Of a DNA stretch of 64,000 nt, positions 12,295 to 22,973 are shown in pieces; the first letter of the stretch is position 1, and each line of letters starts with the position of its first letter. The notes beneath the pieces are model-generated. The model did no database searches and had not been told where the DNA came from. It saw only the letters and a list, made by a program, of their open reading frames with translations. The translations under genes and the position numbers were made by a program. This DNA is from Stegostoma tigrinum (Eukaryota), in NCBI RefSeq assembly GCF_030684315.1, contig NC_081371.1, positions 26,221,440 through 26,285,439 of the forward strand, given 5' to 3'.

Positions 12295-13655
12295 TTTTAC
12301 TCATTCACAGAATATGGACTTCACTGGAAGGCTAGCATTTATTGTTCTTCTCTAACTGAGAAGGTAATGGTGAGCTAGGTTCTCAAAGGTGCTCCCACAG
12401 TGCTTTTAGAATGCAGTTCCAGGTTCTAATCAAATAAAAATAAAGGAAGGCTGATATGTTTCCTACCCAGAATTTTACATGTCTTGGAGCAAAAACTTAG
12501 CTATTTGCAAACATTGTTGCCTTGTTGCCCTAGAAGTAGAAATGATGGAATCAGAAGGCAGTTGTTAAATAAGCTGTGATAAATTGCTATGGAACATCTT
12601 ATAGATGGTGCATACTGATGCCGTGATGCACCAGTAATGGAAGAAGTAAATGTTTGCTGTTGTGAATGGTGTGCCTATTGGCCTGAATACTATCACATTT
12701 TTTTCAGGATTAATTGAGGTGCAATCATCCAGGTAAGTGGAGATTATTCCATGACATTTCCAACTTGTGGTGTGTAGATGGTGGAAAATCTTTGGAAGCG
12801 ATAATACATGAGTCATTTATGCTGAATACCTAGCCTCTGACCTGCTCTTGTAACCGCAAAGTCTATGCGTCATCCAGTTAAGCTTCTGATTAATGCTCAC
12901 TTTGAGGATGTTGATGGTGGAGGACATAATGATGGAATGTCATTGAGCTTTGAAGGAAGATAGTTACAGCCTCTCTGAGGAAGAGTCACTTGACCTGAAA
13001 TATTAACTCTGATTCCTCTCCACAGATGCTGCCAGACCCGCTGAGGTTTTGCAGCAATTTCTATTTTTTTCCCCATATTCACGCTTGTTGGGCTGAATAC
13101 TGCTCCCCATTGAACAGCCTAAATAGTTTTTGTTGTGTGCAAGCACAGGCTGCTGCAATACCAAAGAATTTGTGAACAATGTGCAATCACCAGTGAACAT
13201 CCCCATTTCTGACCTAATGTTGAAGGGAACGTCATTAATGAAACTGCTAATAATGGTTTTACATAGTTCACTGTCCTAAGGAAATCCTGCAGAGATGACC
13301 TGGGCTGAAATGATTAACCTTCAGCAACTACAACCACCTTCTTTTGTTCAGGGGCAACTCCAGCTAATGGCCCCAGTTACCTCATTTTCACCAGGGTTCC
13401 TTGATACCATATACAGTCAAATGCTGTATTGATGTCAAGGATACTTGGTTTCATCTCATCTTTTGAATTCAGCTTTATTGTCTGTGTTTGAACAATGATA
13501 CAATTAGATCTGGCAAAGAAGGAGATCATTCTGCCCATCATGACTGTGCCAGTCTAGCGAAATCAATATTGACCATTGATAAGTAAGTTATTGATAACTG
13601 AAGGCTGTTTGATAGTACTGCTAATGACACCTTTCATCACTTTGCTGAAAATGTA
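12295..13655 (-). mobile_element. Degenerate CR1-group LINE RT/3' fragment
   Basis: Reverse complement near 13610-13650 encodes a degenerate ISKVMEGVINSAIK-like RT motif. Same family as 38745-39225 and 40815-41518. Confidence 0.6.
12971..13070 (+). mobile_element. PLE terminal fragment with degenerate hammerhead motif
   Basis: CTGAGGA-AGAGTCACTTGACCT-GAAATATTAAC followed by CACAGATGCTGCCAGACC, inserted in the LINE remnant. Confidence 0.6.
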
Positions 13656-15200
13656 GTTGCTACCTATAGCCTATTGTTTTTCAGTACATGATAACTTAAA
13701 TGTTTTTAAAGTACCTGTACATACCAGTTATTTATTGCAGAACAAGATCTGTGTGGGATCTTATAGTTCTGCTGTGCAGCCATGCAGATAGGAAAGAACA
13801 TTACTTTGTACTTTACCAAAACCATTCACCTTCATTGCATACCTTCCAGCCTTGTATTTCTGCTGGCTTATGTTGTTTCCCTCAGCTGGATTCACCTGAA
13901 GCTGACCAAACAGAATTGACTGTGGAATTTTAAGCACAAATTGTGTTTGGCTCAACATGGGTCTCTTCAATCATTTGAATTATACTTTTTAAAAGAAAAT
14001 GTACTAAATTATTGATCTGACCAAAAAAAGGGCCAGACTATCAGTTTGAATTAATCAGCCTTGCAATATTCACCTAATTGCACCTTTTATGGGTTGTAAG
14101 ATTAAAAGGATTCTTTTAGGTACAATAAGGCTAGTGGGGAAATTTTAGAAATCTTTGGTATTTGTTTTAATAAGAAACTATAAACCAACATAAATAACAA
14201 ATGTTTGGGTGTAATTTTTTAAACGTCATTTGAAAGTGGGCTGATTTCAAATGATGGATTGATATTATGATTTAAAATGTTTGTTTTATGATAAACTCAT
14301 TGTTTTAATCAAACTGTGCCAACTCACTGATCTTTAATCACTTGTATAGCAACATGTTTCCTGGCAAACTTTACATTCATCAATATTCAAGTGGGTATGA
14401 GCAGAAACTGGCAGGAAAGAAAACACTGCTCAAAACTCGCATAATTTTGGATACAGTTTGAACTGGATTTCTTTTCCCTACATCAAAACCCCCATACTTC
14501 TGTGCTTATAATCGTATGGCAGTTGACCTGAAACTCTGGTCTGCTTCAAAAGAATTTTAAAGACAAAATATAAACAAAGGATGTTGAAAACACACAGTAA
14601 ATTTGGGAGCATCTCATTAAGGCCAAAGAGTTAAGATTTCAGACTAATTCTGGCAAAAAACACCTTTGTCTCTCTACCGTTAACTGCCAGATTTGCTGAG
14701 CAATTCTACAAAATCTGTTTTTAATTGCAGATTTACGACATCTGCAGGATTTTATTTTTGGTGCTGATGTTTAAGTACACTTTTACTTTATAAGTACTGG
14801 TACAATGACAGACATTATAAAATTAAGATGAAAAAATACATCAGTGTTAATTGTTTCACTGTGTACTTTCAATGGTTTTCATGCTGAACAAAACACTTTG
14901 TTCTGGAATTTTTCTGTAAATTGAGTTTAAATTTTTAGTTTACAAGCAATATCAGTTCATGAGTTACTTATCACAAGAGTGCACTGACATTCAGTATGGA
15001 CTTAAACAGATTTATTGATTTGTGTTTCCCTCTATTTGGGGATCTTAATCTAGTCTTAATGTTCACCAGAACATAAACTTTGGCTTTATCTCATGTATCC
15101 AAAATTACTTGACTGTCAGTTTTAGATGAAGAGATAACGTAATTTGCCTTGTATTATGCACTGAGGCTTTCAGTTGTAATACTTCCTAGGAGAATTTCGA

Positions 15201-15341
15201 CAACCCCACCTAGACTTTCTGCGCCAATCAGAACCTGTCAGTGATTTATTGGTTAGCAGTGATTTTGACCTCAGCATAATCTAACCAATTGTATCTTGTT
15301 CTTGTAGTTCCAAAGAATTACTGTGTTTGCCACATATATAA
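15201..15341 (+). promoter_or_regulatory. Putative promoter of the lectin gene: three CCAAT boxes and a TATA box
   Basis: CCAAT 15224-15228, ATTGG 15248-15252, CCAAT 15285-15289 and TATATAA 15335-15341, about 150 nt upstream of the ATG. A strong acceptor (TTTCTCTCTTTTTAG, ending 15458) implies a 5' UTR intron whose donor is unresolved. Confidence 0.5.
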
Positions 15342-15483
15342 TTGCCACAAACGAAATGCTCATACTGAAGAACTAGAATCATAGTGGGCACTTCTTGCTT
15401 TGCTTCAGGAAAGTAAATTTATTTTGGCATTAAAATTTAAATCTTTCTCTCTTTTTAGGCACAAGAAAAGGAAATTTACAGAC

Positions 15484-15538
15484 ATGAGACTGGGGACAGT
15501 TTTGCTGCTCATTGCACTGATCTACATTGATGCTGCAG
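15484..15538 (+). CDS. Secreted C-type lectin-domain protein, coding exon 1 (signal peptide)
   Basis: GACATGA start; MRLGTVLLLIALIYIDAA-G is a typical signal peptide; CAG|GTAGTT donor is phase 1 and matches the next exon. Confidence 0.82.
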
Positions 15539-15829
15539 GTAGTTTCAATCATAATCATATTTCATGCCATTTATTGCTGTGAAGTGAAGAACTGTTATAA
15601 GTTGGAAAATATCAATGAAATAAAACATTTAACCTTTTTGTATTTAAATTCATATAAGCTCCAAGTATTCTCTATTGATTTGGCCAAAATGATTCTGATT
15701 TGATAAATTTAGCCTGCAGTTCCATTTCATAACAAGTCAGTTTCCTTTAAAACAATCAGACACTATGTAGGTGTTTACTTGGACTATGGAATATTCTCAC
15801 ATGTTTAAAAATGTCTTGTAATTATGTAG

Positions 15830-16245
15830 CGCCATTCACAAGCACAGAATTTTCCAAAAAGAATTTTCCATGCAAAAAGCAGTGAAGTACTTTTGAATCA
15901 TAGTCACTGTTGTAAAATACAAACTGCGACCATTTGTGTAGTGACAGGTGTCATAAACAATATCATGGTAATTACCAACCATTTGTTTTAGTAACACTAA
16001 GTGATAAATATTAGCCAGGATACCAGAGACAGTTCCAGTACTCTTCTTAAGAGTTTACAGATATCTTAACTTTATCTGAGGTGACAGTCAGGACTTCAGC
16101 TTAAGATTTCGTTTGAAAGACAGTACTTCAGCACTTTCCCCAGCACTGCATTGAAGAATCTGCTTAAAATTTATGGTCAAGTCTCTGAAGTGGATTGAAG
16201 TCCACAATCTTCAAGCTCAGTGATCTTGGTTCTATTTGAGATCTG
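15830..16245 (-). mobile_element. Ancient Deu-domain SINE (SacSINE1/AmnSINE-like)
   Basis: Degenerate GAAGTACTTTTGAA-TAGTCACTGTTGTAA...GATAAATATTAGCCAGGA...CAGCACTGCATTGAAG...GTCAAGTCTCTGAAGTGG pattern; recognition only. Confidence 0.6.
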
Positions 16246-17361
16246 AGATTGTTTAAGTAGGTGATTACAAGGAGTTTGGAAGGATATTATAGAATAAGAA
16301 AGAATAATTGCAGAACTGAATAATGCATAGAGAACCTATCCCAAAAGCGCTGGTCTCAGTTACAGACTGCACTGTGGGGCTAGTTATGTTCAGTTGCAAC
16401 AAGGTTGCATAGAAATCTGAAGAGATGTCTGTCACACCTGCAATGGAGCTTTGCCAGCTGCACGCTGTCAGCTGTGCTGAAGATCATGCATTAATATGCA
16501 TAGGACCCACTGTCTATAGAACTACAAGTTCACACAACTTGTTTGAAGATTTTGATTTTTCCTCTATTGCAAGCATAATTACTGAAAGCATAATTTAGAG
16601 AATATGGTAAAAATAGAATGTAGGTATAAAGTTGCTAGTAGCCTAGCTGCCTCTTTGAATGAAAGGGGTAAAATAAGTTTAAAAGCAGATATTAAAATAT
16701 GAACATCTTATTTGTGTGCATTTTCATTTTCAACTCCTCATTCTGAATGTGTCATTACCTAATGTTCTTGTTTTCTGCTGTATTACCTTTTATTTTGAAA
16801 AAAGTCACTTTTTTCTTTTATATCTGTTACTCATTTACCGTAATAAACATTTCTTTACTCAAATATATTTATCGCTCTCTTCATCTTGGGTCATATCATT
16901 CTTTTGACACCAACTTTCCACATTCACCTCTTAATTAAAACAACCATGAAAGAAAGCATTGATACTTTCCCATTACACCGTAAAAGTTGTCAATTCTGAA
17001 TAATTATAGTAAGGGAGAATGCCAGAAATAATGAGGAAAGGCTAGCTTCTTGTATTGTTTTCAAGCTAATTAACTACTCTGGATTTGTTCAAATTAAATG
17101 TGAAGAGATATATAAAACTGCTGTTAGACAGTTATAGTATTGCATTCACCTGAGCACTGCACCTCACGAAAAGCATATTGTAAGAGGAGGGATTGCAGAA
17201 GAAATTCACCAGGATATTGTGGATGTTAAAAGTGTTAAATTATGAAGATATCCTATATAAACTAAACTTGTCTTCCATTCAGTAATATGTGATTAGTGGA
17301 TGATCTAACTGAGTTGCTTAAAATGATTAAAGGAGTTCTGTCTTGAAGTGCTGTTTGTTTA

Positions 17362-17713
17362 AGGGGCGGCATAGTGGCACAGCGGCACAGCAGTTAGCAC
17401 TGCTGCCTCACAACACCAGGGATCTGGGTTCAATTCCACCCTCAGGTGTGTGCGAAGTTTGCACATTGTCCCTGTGTCTGTGAGGGTTTCCTCCTGGTGT
17501 GCTGATTTCCTCCCACAGTCCAAAGATGTGCAGGCTAGGTGGATTAGTCATGCTAAATTGCCCGTAGAGCCTAGGGATTTGTACATTAGGAGTGTTATAG
17601 GGGATGGGTTTGGCTGGGTGCTTTGAGGGCCAGTGTGGACTCCTTGGGACAAAAAGCCTGTTTCCATGCTGTAGGGATTCTATGATCTATGATCTCTGAT
17701 CTATGATCTATGA
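17362..17713 (+). mobile_element. HE1-like tRNA-derived V-SINE, near full length
   Basis: A/B-box head (GTGGCACAGC...GGGTTCAATTCC), V-domain TTTGCACATT...CTCCCACAGTCCAAAGATGTGCAGG, CR1-like tail and (CTATGAT)n end. Confidence 0.88.
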
Positions 17714-20700
17714 ATTGATATAGGGGACTGTTGAAAGCTCATATCAGGAAATAGTTCTTCACACAGAAGCCGTGAACATTAAGAATTCTCTCCCAAATGC
17801 ATTGAGACCAGGGACTGGAATTTCTTTGCCAAAATGTGAGTCATGAAGTAGATTCATTTCCAGTCACAACCCTGCATTTGTCACCAATAAGTTGAAAATA
17901 GGAATTTCTGGAGAGAGATGCTTCAACACTCCTAGACATGAGTGTGTTGCTCAAATTGTGGCTGACGGAGAACAGGGATAGGAATAGAAGCAGGAATTCA
18001 GGGACGTGGGCTGGATCTGGCCTGATTTCGTAGCCATTTCTGTGACGGCCATTCACAAATCAATGCTTTTTGACAAAATTTGTGCATCGTGCATCGTGCA
18101 GATGGTAACAATTGAACTAGGGCAGAGTAGGCTAGTGATAAACTGACATAATGGCTTAACACCCCAGTGCCATGTTCAGCATCTTTGGTATCACTGTGAA
18201 ATGTATCTTCTCACCTAAGCTTGCAGCTGATCTTGTCCTTGCCTACATTGAGTTAGTCTAATGTCCAAAAGCTGATGAATCCAGTTGCCTTACTGAAGAT
18301 TGGAAAACCTACCAGGACCAGCCTGGTAATGAGCCCGCAAAGATCTAAGTTACCTTATTAATAGGACAGGGTGGATTTCAAGACTGGCTCCCTGCCCCAC
18401 TCGGAGAGAAATAGCAGGAAAGAAGCCAGGATCTCCAGCAAGCCACTCAATGTTCATTGTTTGCTCCCTGAAATTGATAGGCTTTATTATGACAGGTTAC
18501 TAAGGAGTGGAGATCTGAGGTGTATAAATGGAAATAAGATGCGGAAATACAAGTACATGGTTTAAGAATATGGATATGTAATTGACTAAAGAATGTTTGT
18601 ATTAAGATATTTACTCGAACTTTCAGGTACAGGAAATGTAATTTTGAAATTTGTGAATAATGCAAAACTTGGCAATATATCAAGTAGTGAAGAAGCTGTT
18701 AGTAGACTTCACAAGACGTAGCCTGATAAAATGGGCAGACCTATGTCAAAAACAATTTAACATGGATTACTGCGAGGTTTGGGAGAAGCGAAGTGAACCA
18801 GAGGGGATTTACTTGTCAATTATTGTCATTTTGTTCATTTTGCAAGTGAAGCATGTTTACAATTTTTTGAAGAAGGGAAAGCAAGTTGATACAATGGTAA
18901 ATAAAATGTATAGGAAACTTGGTTCAATGAAAGGGGCATTGGATAGAAAAATGAAGAATTCATGCTAAATCTTTACAAATCATTGTTAGGTCAAAGCTGG
19001 AGCATCTTGTATAATACCAGCATCCACACTTCGGGTGGTATGCTTGGCATCTGAGAAGGGATGGAAGGAATTTATAAGAGATGAAGGACATCTGGAGAGG
19101 GTGAAGAAACTGGGATGATTCCCCATAGCACTGAGAAAGGCTACTGAGTGAGATATGTTATATACCATGGCTAAAACGCTGGTTAGACAGATGTCAGTAA
19201 TTTACTTTGTTACTTGGAGTTTTGTTGTCAGTTCACACTCCACGAACTTCAACACACTGATTAATTCTTCATATTTATGAATACTTCCTAACCAACCTAC
19301 TATGAGATATTGACTAGGGCTTGAACCCAGGTCTTCTGGGTGAGAGTTAGGGACACCATTACTGTTCCACTAGAGTCCTCAAGTTGTAAGCATATATTTA
19401 AATCAATCTGTTCAAATACATGTCTGGGACAGGTGCAACTTGATCCCTATCCTACTGGCTCAGAGGCAGGGACACTACCAATATAGTGAGCCTCTTCCCT
19501 GTATTAATGTGCTGAGCTCTCACCCAATTATCCAATAAGATATATGTAGCCAGTGTCTGTTCACTAATTGCATTAGGTTTCAGACATGCTTGCTAGATCC
19601 TACTTGGTGATTACAGGGTGGGATGGGGTGCCAGCCGTAAGCAGCAGGTAGCAAATAACATCGGGGATGCCATCAAGTCACTTGAGTTGCTTAATCCCTA
19701 TAGAGGACCATTTTGATTATCTTGACATGACAATGGCTTGAGAAACTTGTTCAATAAAGAAATGAAAATCGGATTGTCAGGTCTATCAGAACTCCATAAT
19801 AATGTCTAATAAGAATATTAAAAGTTGAGAACACATTGGGAGAAGTCCATAATAGGGTAGAAGCAATTATTAACTAATAAATCTGTTGACCATGAGTGAC
19901 ATTTATTTAAGAAGATATTGATAAATTTAAAGAAAATCCTGCATATCAGTAATATAAGCATTATCTATGAATGTTTCATATCAGTATTGAATAAAAGGAG
20001 ATTTTATATAACAATAAGGGATATTCGCAAGAGTATTAATAGGGACGCTTATAGAAAGCAATAAAAGACTGAAAGGTAATGAGGCCAAAGAGAGAATGAA
20101 TAAAATTTCAGATATTAGTACAGATGGGGTTAGTACAATGGGATTCTTATATTTAGATGTACATCAGTAGAAAGAGTGGAGAAGGAGAGAGCATTATAAA
20201 CATAACTGATGCAACAACCGCACTGTGGTTTTTACAGTCATAATGCCCTTTTCCCTTTAAGAAGTGCTGACTACCTTGAGGTAATGTCAAAGATCCTTAA
20301 TATCTGGTCCCCCAAAAGTATGCTACCTGCACCTAATGAATAGTAAAGGTTATACTCTCCCCATGATACTGGAATTGACATGATAATGAGTAAGGTACAT
20401 AAATTTTCAATGTTAACTGGGTGACAGCATCTGATACTCACTGTGTGCCTTTTAATGGGCACAGTTGAATTTCTAGGAGAATGTTATCTTTCACTTTATC
20501 AGTGAAAGTATGATACATGCAGGCATCGACATTTTTACCTCTATGAAATGGGTTGTACTTTCATCATTCCCTTTTGATTCCCTCTGGCTAGTTGAGTTTT
20601 CACATTATAATTTCCTGAAGCATTTATTTGCCAGACTAGGTCTCTGCTAACCAGTTCACTTCGTGATGTTGTCCATTTGTCGCTTCCCATAGTAACTTGC

Positions 20701-21338
20701 TGCTCATAACAATAACTTCCTCCATATGTTTTGCAGCTTCTGATTTTGCTGAAAGTTATGTATCTGCTTTACTACAGACTATACTAAACATTAAGATATA
20801 GATTACCCTGTTAAAGGATCAGTTGTTAACTAATCAGCTATGATTTATAACAATTCTGCAATAGCTTAAATATTGGGTTTACCTCACACATTACACAGCT
20901 TGCAGCACAATTTTGGAGGCAAAGTGTCTCAAAATATGTTTTAAAACAGATTTGTGTGCATAGGGTGCTATACATGAACGCAGGGCACTTTATAGGCAAT
21001 TAAGCATTTTAAAAATAATCACTGATGCAACGAGGGAAATGCGACAATGATCAGATAAACTGTTCTCGAAAAACAAACATTGACAAGAATATGGTGGGTG
21101 GTAACTCCCTTGTATTTTCCCAACATTGTGCCTTAGGACCTCTGCATCCACATGAAAAGATGATGGGCCTCAGTTTAACATCTCATCTGAAAAACAAATG
21201 GAACAGTTACAGTAACATTGTAATTAGCTAGAATTTAGTTGAACTATAAAGGACTGATGACTTTAATTAGAAGTATATGAAAGCCCTTTAGTGCTCGCGG
21301 TACTTTTTGCCAACTTGTTTATTTTATTAATTTTACAG

Positions 21339-22174
21339 GAACTGCCAGTATTCGGAATTCAGCAAATCGAATGAATGAGAAAAAAATACAAACACTTCGT
21401 CACCATCTCTCTGACAGCAATAATCAAATGAAATTTTATCCACGTCCTATGCCTTTTCCTGAGAAAAATGCAGAGCTACGTTATGCCCTTTCTTTTCCTG
21501 AGAACAACCCAGAGGTACCTTTAACCCATCCCATTGCTTTGCCTGAGAACAACAATGCAAGAGCACCTTATCCCCATTCTAGTCCTTTGCCTGAGGGCAA
21601 CACTGTAGCAAATTATCCTTACCTTATCCCTTTGCCCAAGAGCAACTTAGAGTCTTCTTATTACCGTACTCATCCTTTTCATTCTCAGAATAAACCAACT
21701 TTAGCTCAAGATTTTCCTCGTACTTATCTTGTAGCCTCTGCCCATAAATTTCCTATGAAGGGCAATGTAATTATACCTGAGAACCGTCCTTATCCCCATC
21801 CTTATCCTCAACCTTACCCTTTTCTGAACAAGAACAAATTACTACCTTTTACCTATCCTGAAGTGCAAACTTATCCATCTTCAGAGCGTGAGTCAGAGGT
21901 AGAACCTTCTCATTCTCCAGAGAATGTGACAGAAATGGAAACTCAACCTTCTTTAGAAGATGAGCTGGAACAGGAAGTTGATTCTTCATCAGAGGATGAC
22001 GCAGAAAAGGACGTCCTAGTTCCTTCAGAGATTGAGATGCAAAAGAAACCATCACCTGCTACGATAAGTCCCCATGTCAATCAAGCATCTTGTTTACCTG
22101 GGTGGATTTTTAACAGCAAATTATCCATCTGTTACAGCATTTTTCAAGGTAAAATGACCTGGATACAAGCTGAG
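21339..22174 (+). CDS. Secreted C-type lectin-domain protein, coding exon 2 (Pro/Tyr-rich repeats, acidic repeats, start of CTLD)
   Basis: TTTTACAG acceptor, 836-nt open frame (phase 1 to 0) ending CLPGWIFNSKLSICYSIFQGKMTWIQAE, and GAG|GTAAGA donor. Confidence 0.9.
21437..21691 (+). repeat. About six degenerate ~45-nt (13-16 aa) coding repeats, consensus YPxxxP(F/L)PExN
   Basis: FPEKN, FPENN, LPENN, LPEGN, LPKSN and FHSQN are spaced 13, 15, 16, 15 and 15 aa apart; DNA cores resemble CCTTTKCCTGAGAACAAC. Confidence 0.8.
21872..22054 (+). repeat. Five 36-nt (12 aa) acidic coding repeats with S-x-E
   Basis: TCAGAG, CCAGAG, TTAGAA, TCAGAG and TCAGAG fall at 21881, 21917, 21953, 21989 and 22025, an exact 36-nt period, giving SSE, SPE, SLE, SSE and PSE. 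Confidence 0.85.
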
Positions 22175-22419
22175 GTAAGACGTTGGATGATCTTGTTTTT
22201 TGAGTTGATAAAATAGATCATTAGCTCAATTAAAGGACAAAATAACAATAATTCCTAACTGGTATAAGTTTTGGATGGTTCAGATTAACAAAGCATACTC
22301 AGTCATTGAGATGCAACTTTACACGTGCATTATATTGGATTTATATGCAGAATTGGACTGGTTTTTGAAACCTTACTAAAAGTAATTGGTGCTAGTAATA
22401 TAGGATTTCAAATCTCTAT

Positions 22420-22635
22420 AGATAACAAAGTGTGGAGCTGGATGAACACAGCAGGCCAAGCAGCATCTTAGGAGGACAAAAGCTGATGTTTCGGGCCTAG
22501 ACCCTTCATCAGTAAGGGTCTAGGCCTGAAACATCAGCTTTTGTGCTCCTAAGATGCTGCTTGGCCTGCTGTGTTCATCCAGCTCCACACTTTGGTATCT
22601 TGGATTCGCCAGCATCTGCAGTTCCCATTATCTCT
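22420..22635. mobile_element. Palindromic PLE-derived mini-element (Neptune-type end) with hammerhead motif and 16-bp TSD
   Basis: Arms ~22421-22506 and ~22514-22599 are inverted. TSD GATTTCAAATCTCTAT at 22404-22419 and 22636-22651. Minus strand reads CUGAUGA-AGGGUCUAGGCCC-GAAAC-AUC. Confidence 0.88.
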
Positions 22636-22973
22636 GATTTCAAATCTCTATGTTAGGGCTTCATGAAATGTTGAAAGGAATAATAAATATGTAGATGAAT
22701 GTACTATTAAGTATGGAATAAAGTAACATAAAATGCCGGGTTCAAGTTCCGTTTTGGACTGGGCTAGTGACTCTAGGACTTTATCTTATGTTGGAGAGGT
22801 CAATTGAATAAAAAATGAGAAGAACGGCTGATGCAATAAAAATCACACTTCTGCACAAGTTAGAACTTTCAGGAGACGAGGAGTAAAGATGAAACATGTA
22901 TTGCCAAAAGGCTCAATTGACAAAATTAGAGGTTGGATACAATTTTTCCATTGTCATAAATTCATCCGTTTAG

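Noticed and set aside
14570-14760. Weak inverted-repeat elements here and at ~26700-26830 and ~58955-59120
   Set aside because: Probably older palindromic PLE ends, but too decayed to define arms, ribozyme cores or TSDs confidently.
19300-19495. Two tRNA-like segments on the minus strand
   Set aside because: Degenerate SINE-type heads without a full cloverleaf; not tRNA genes.
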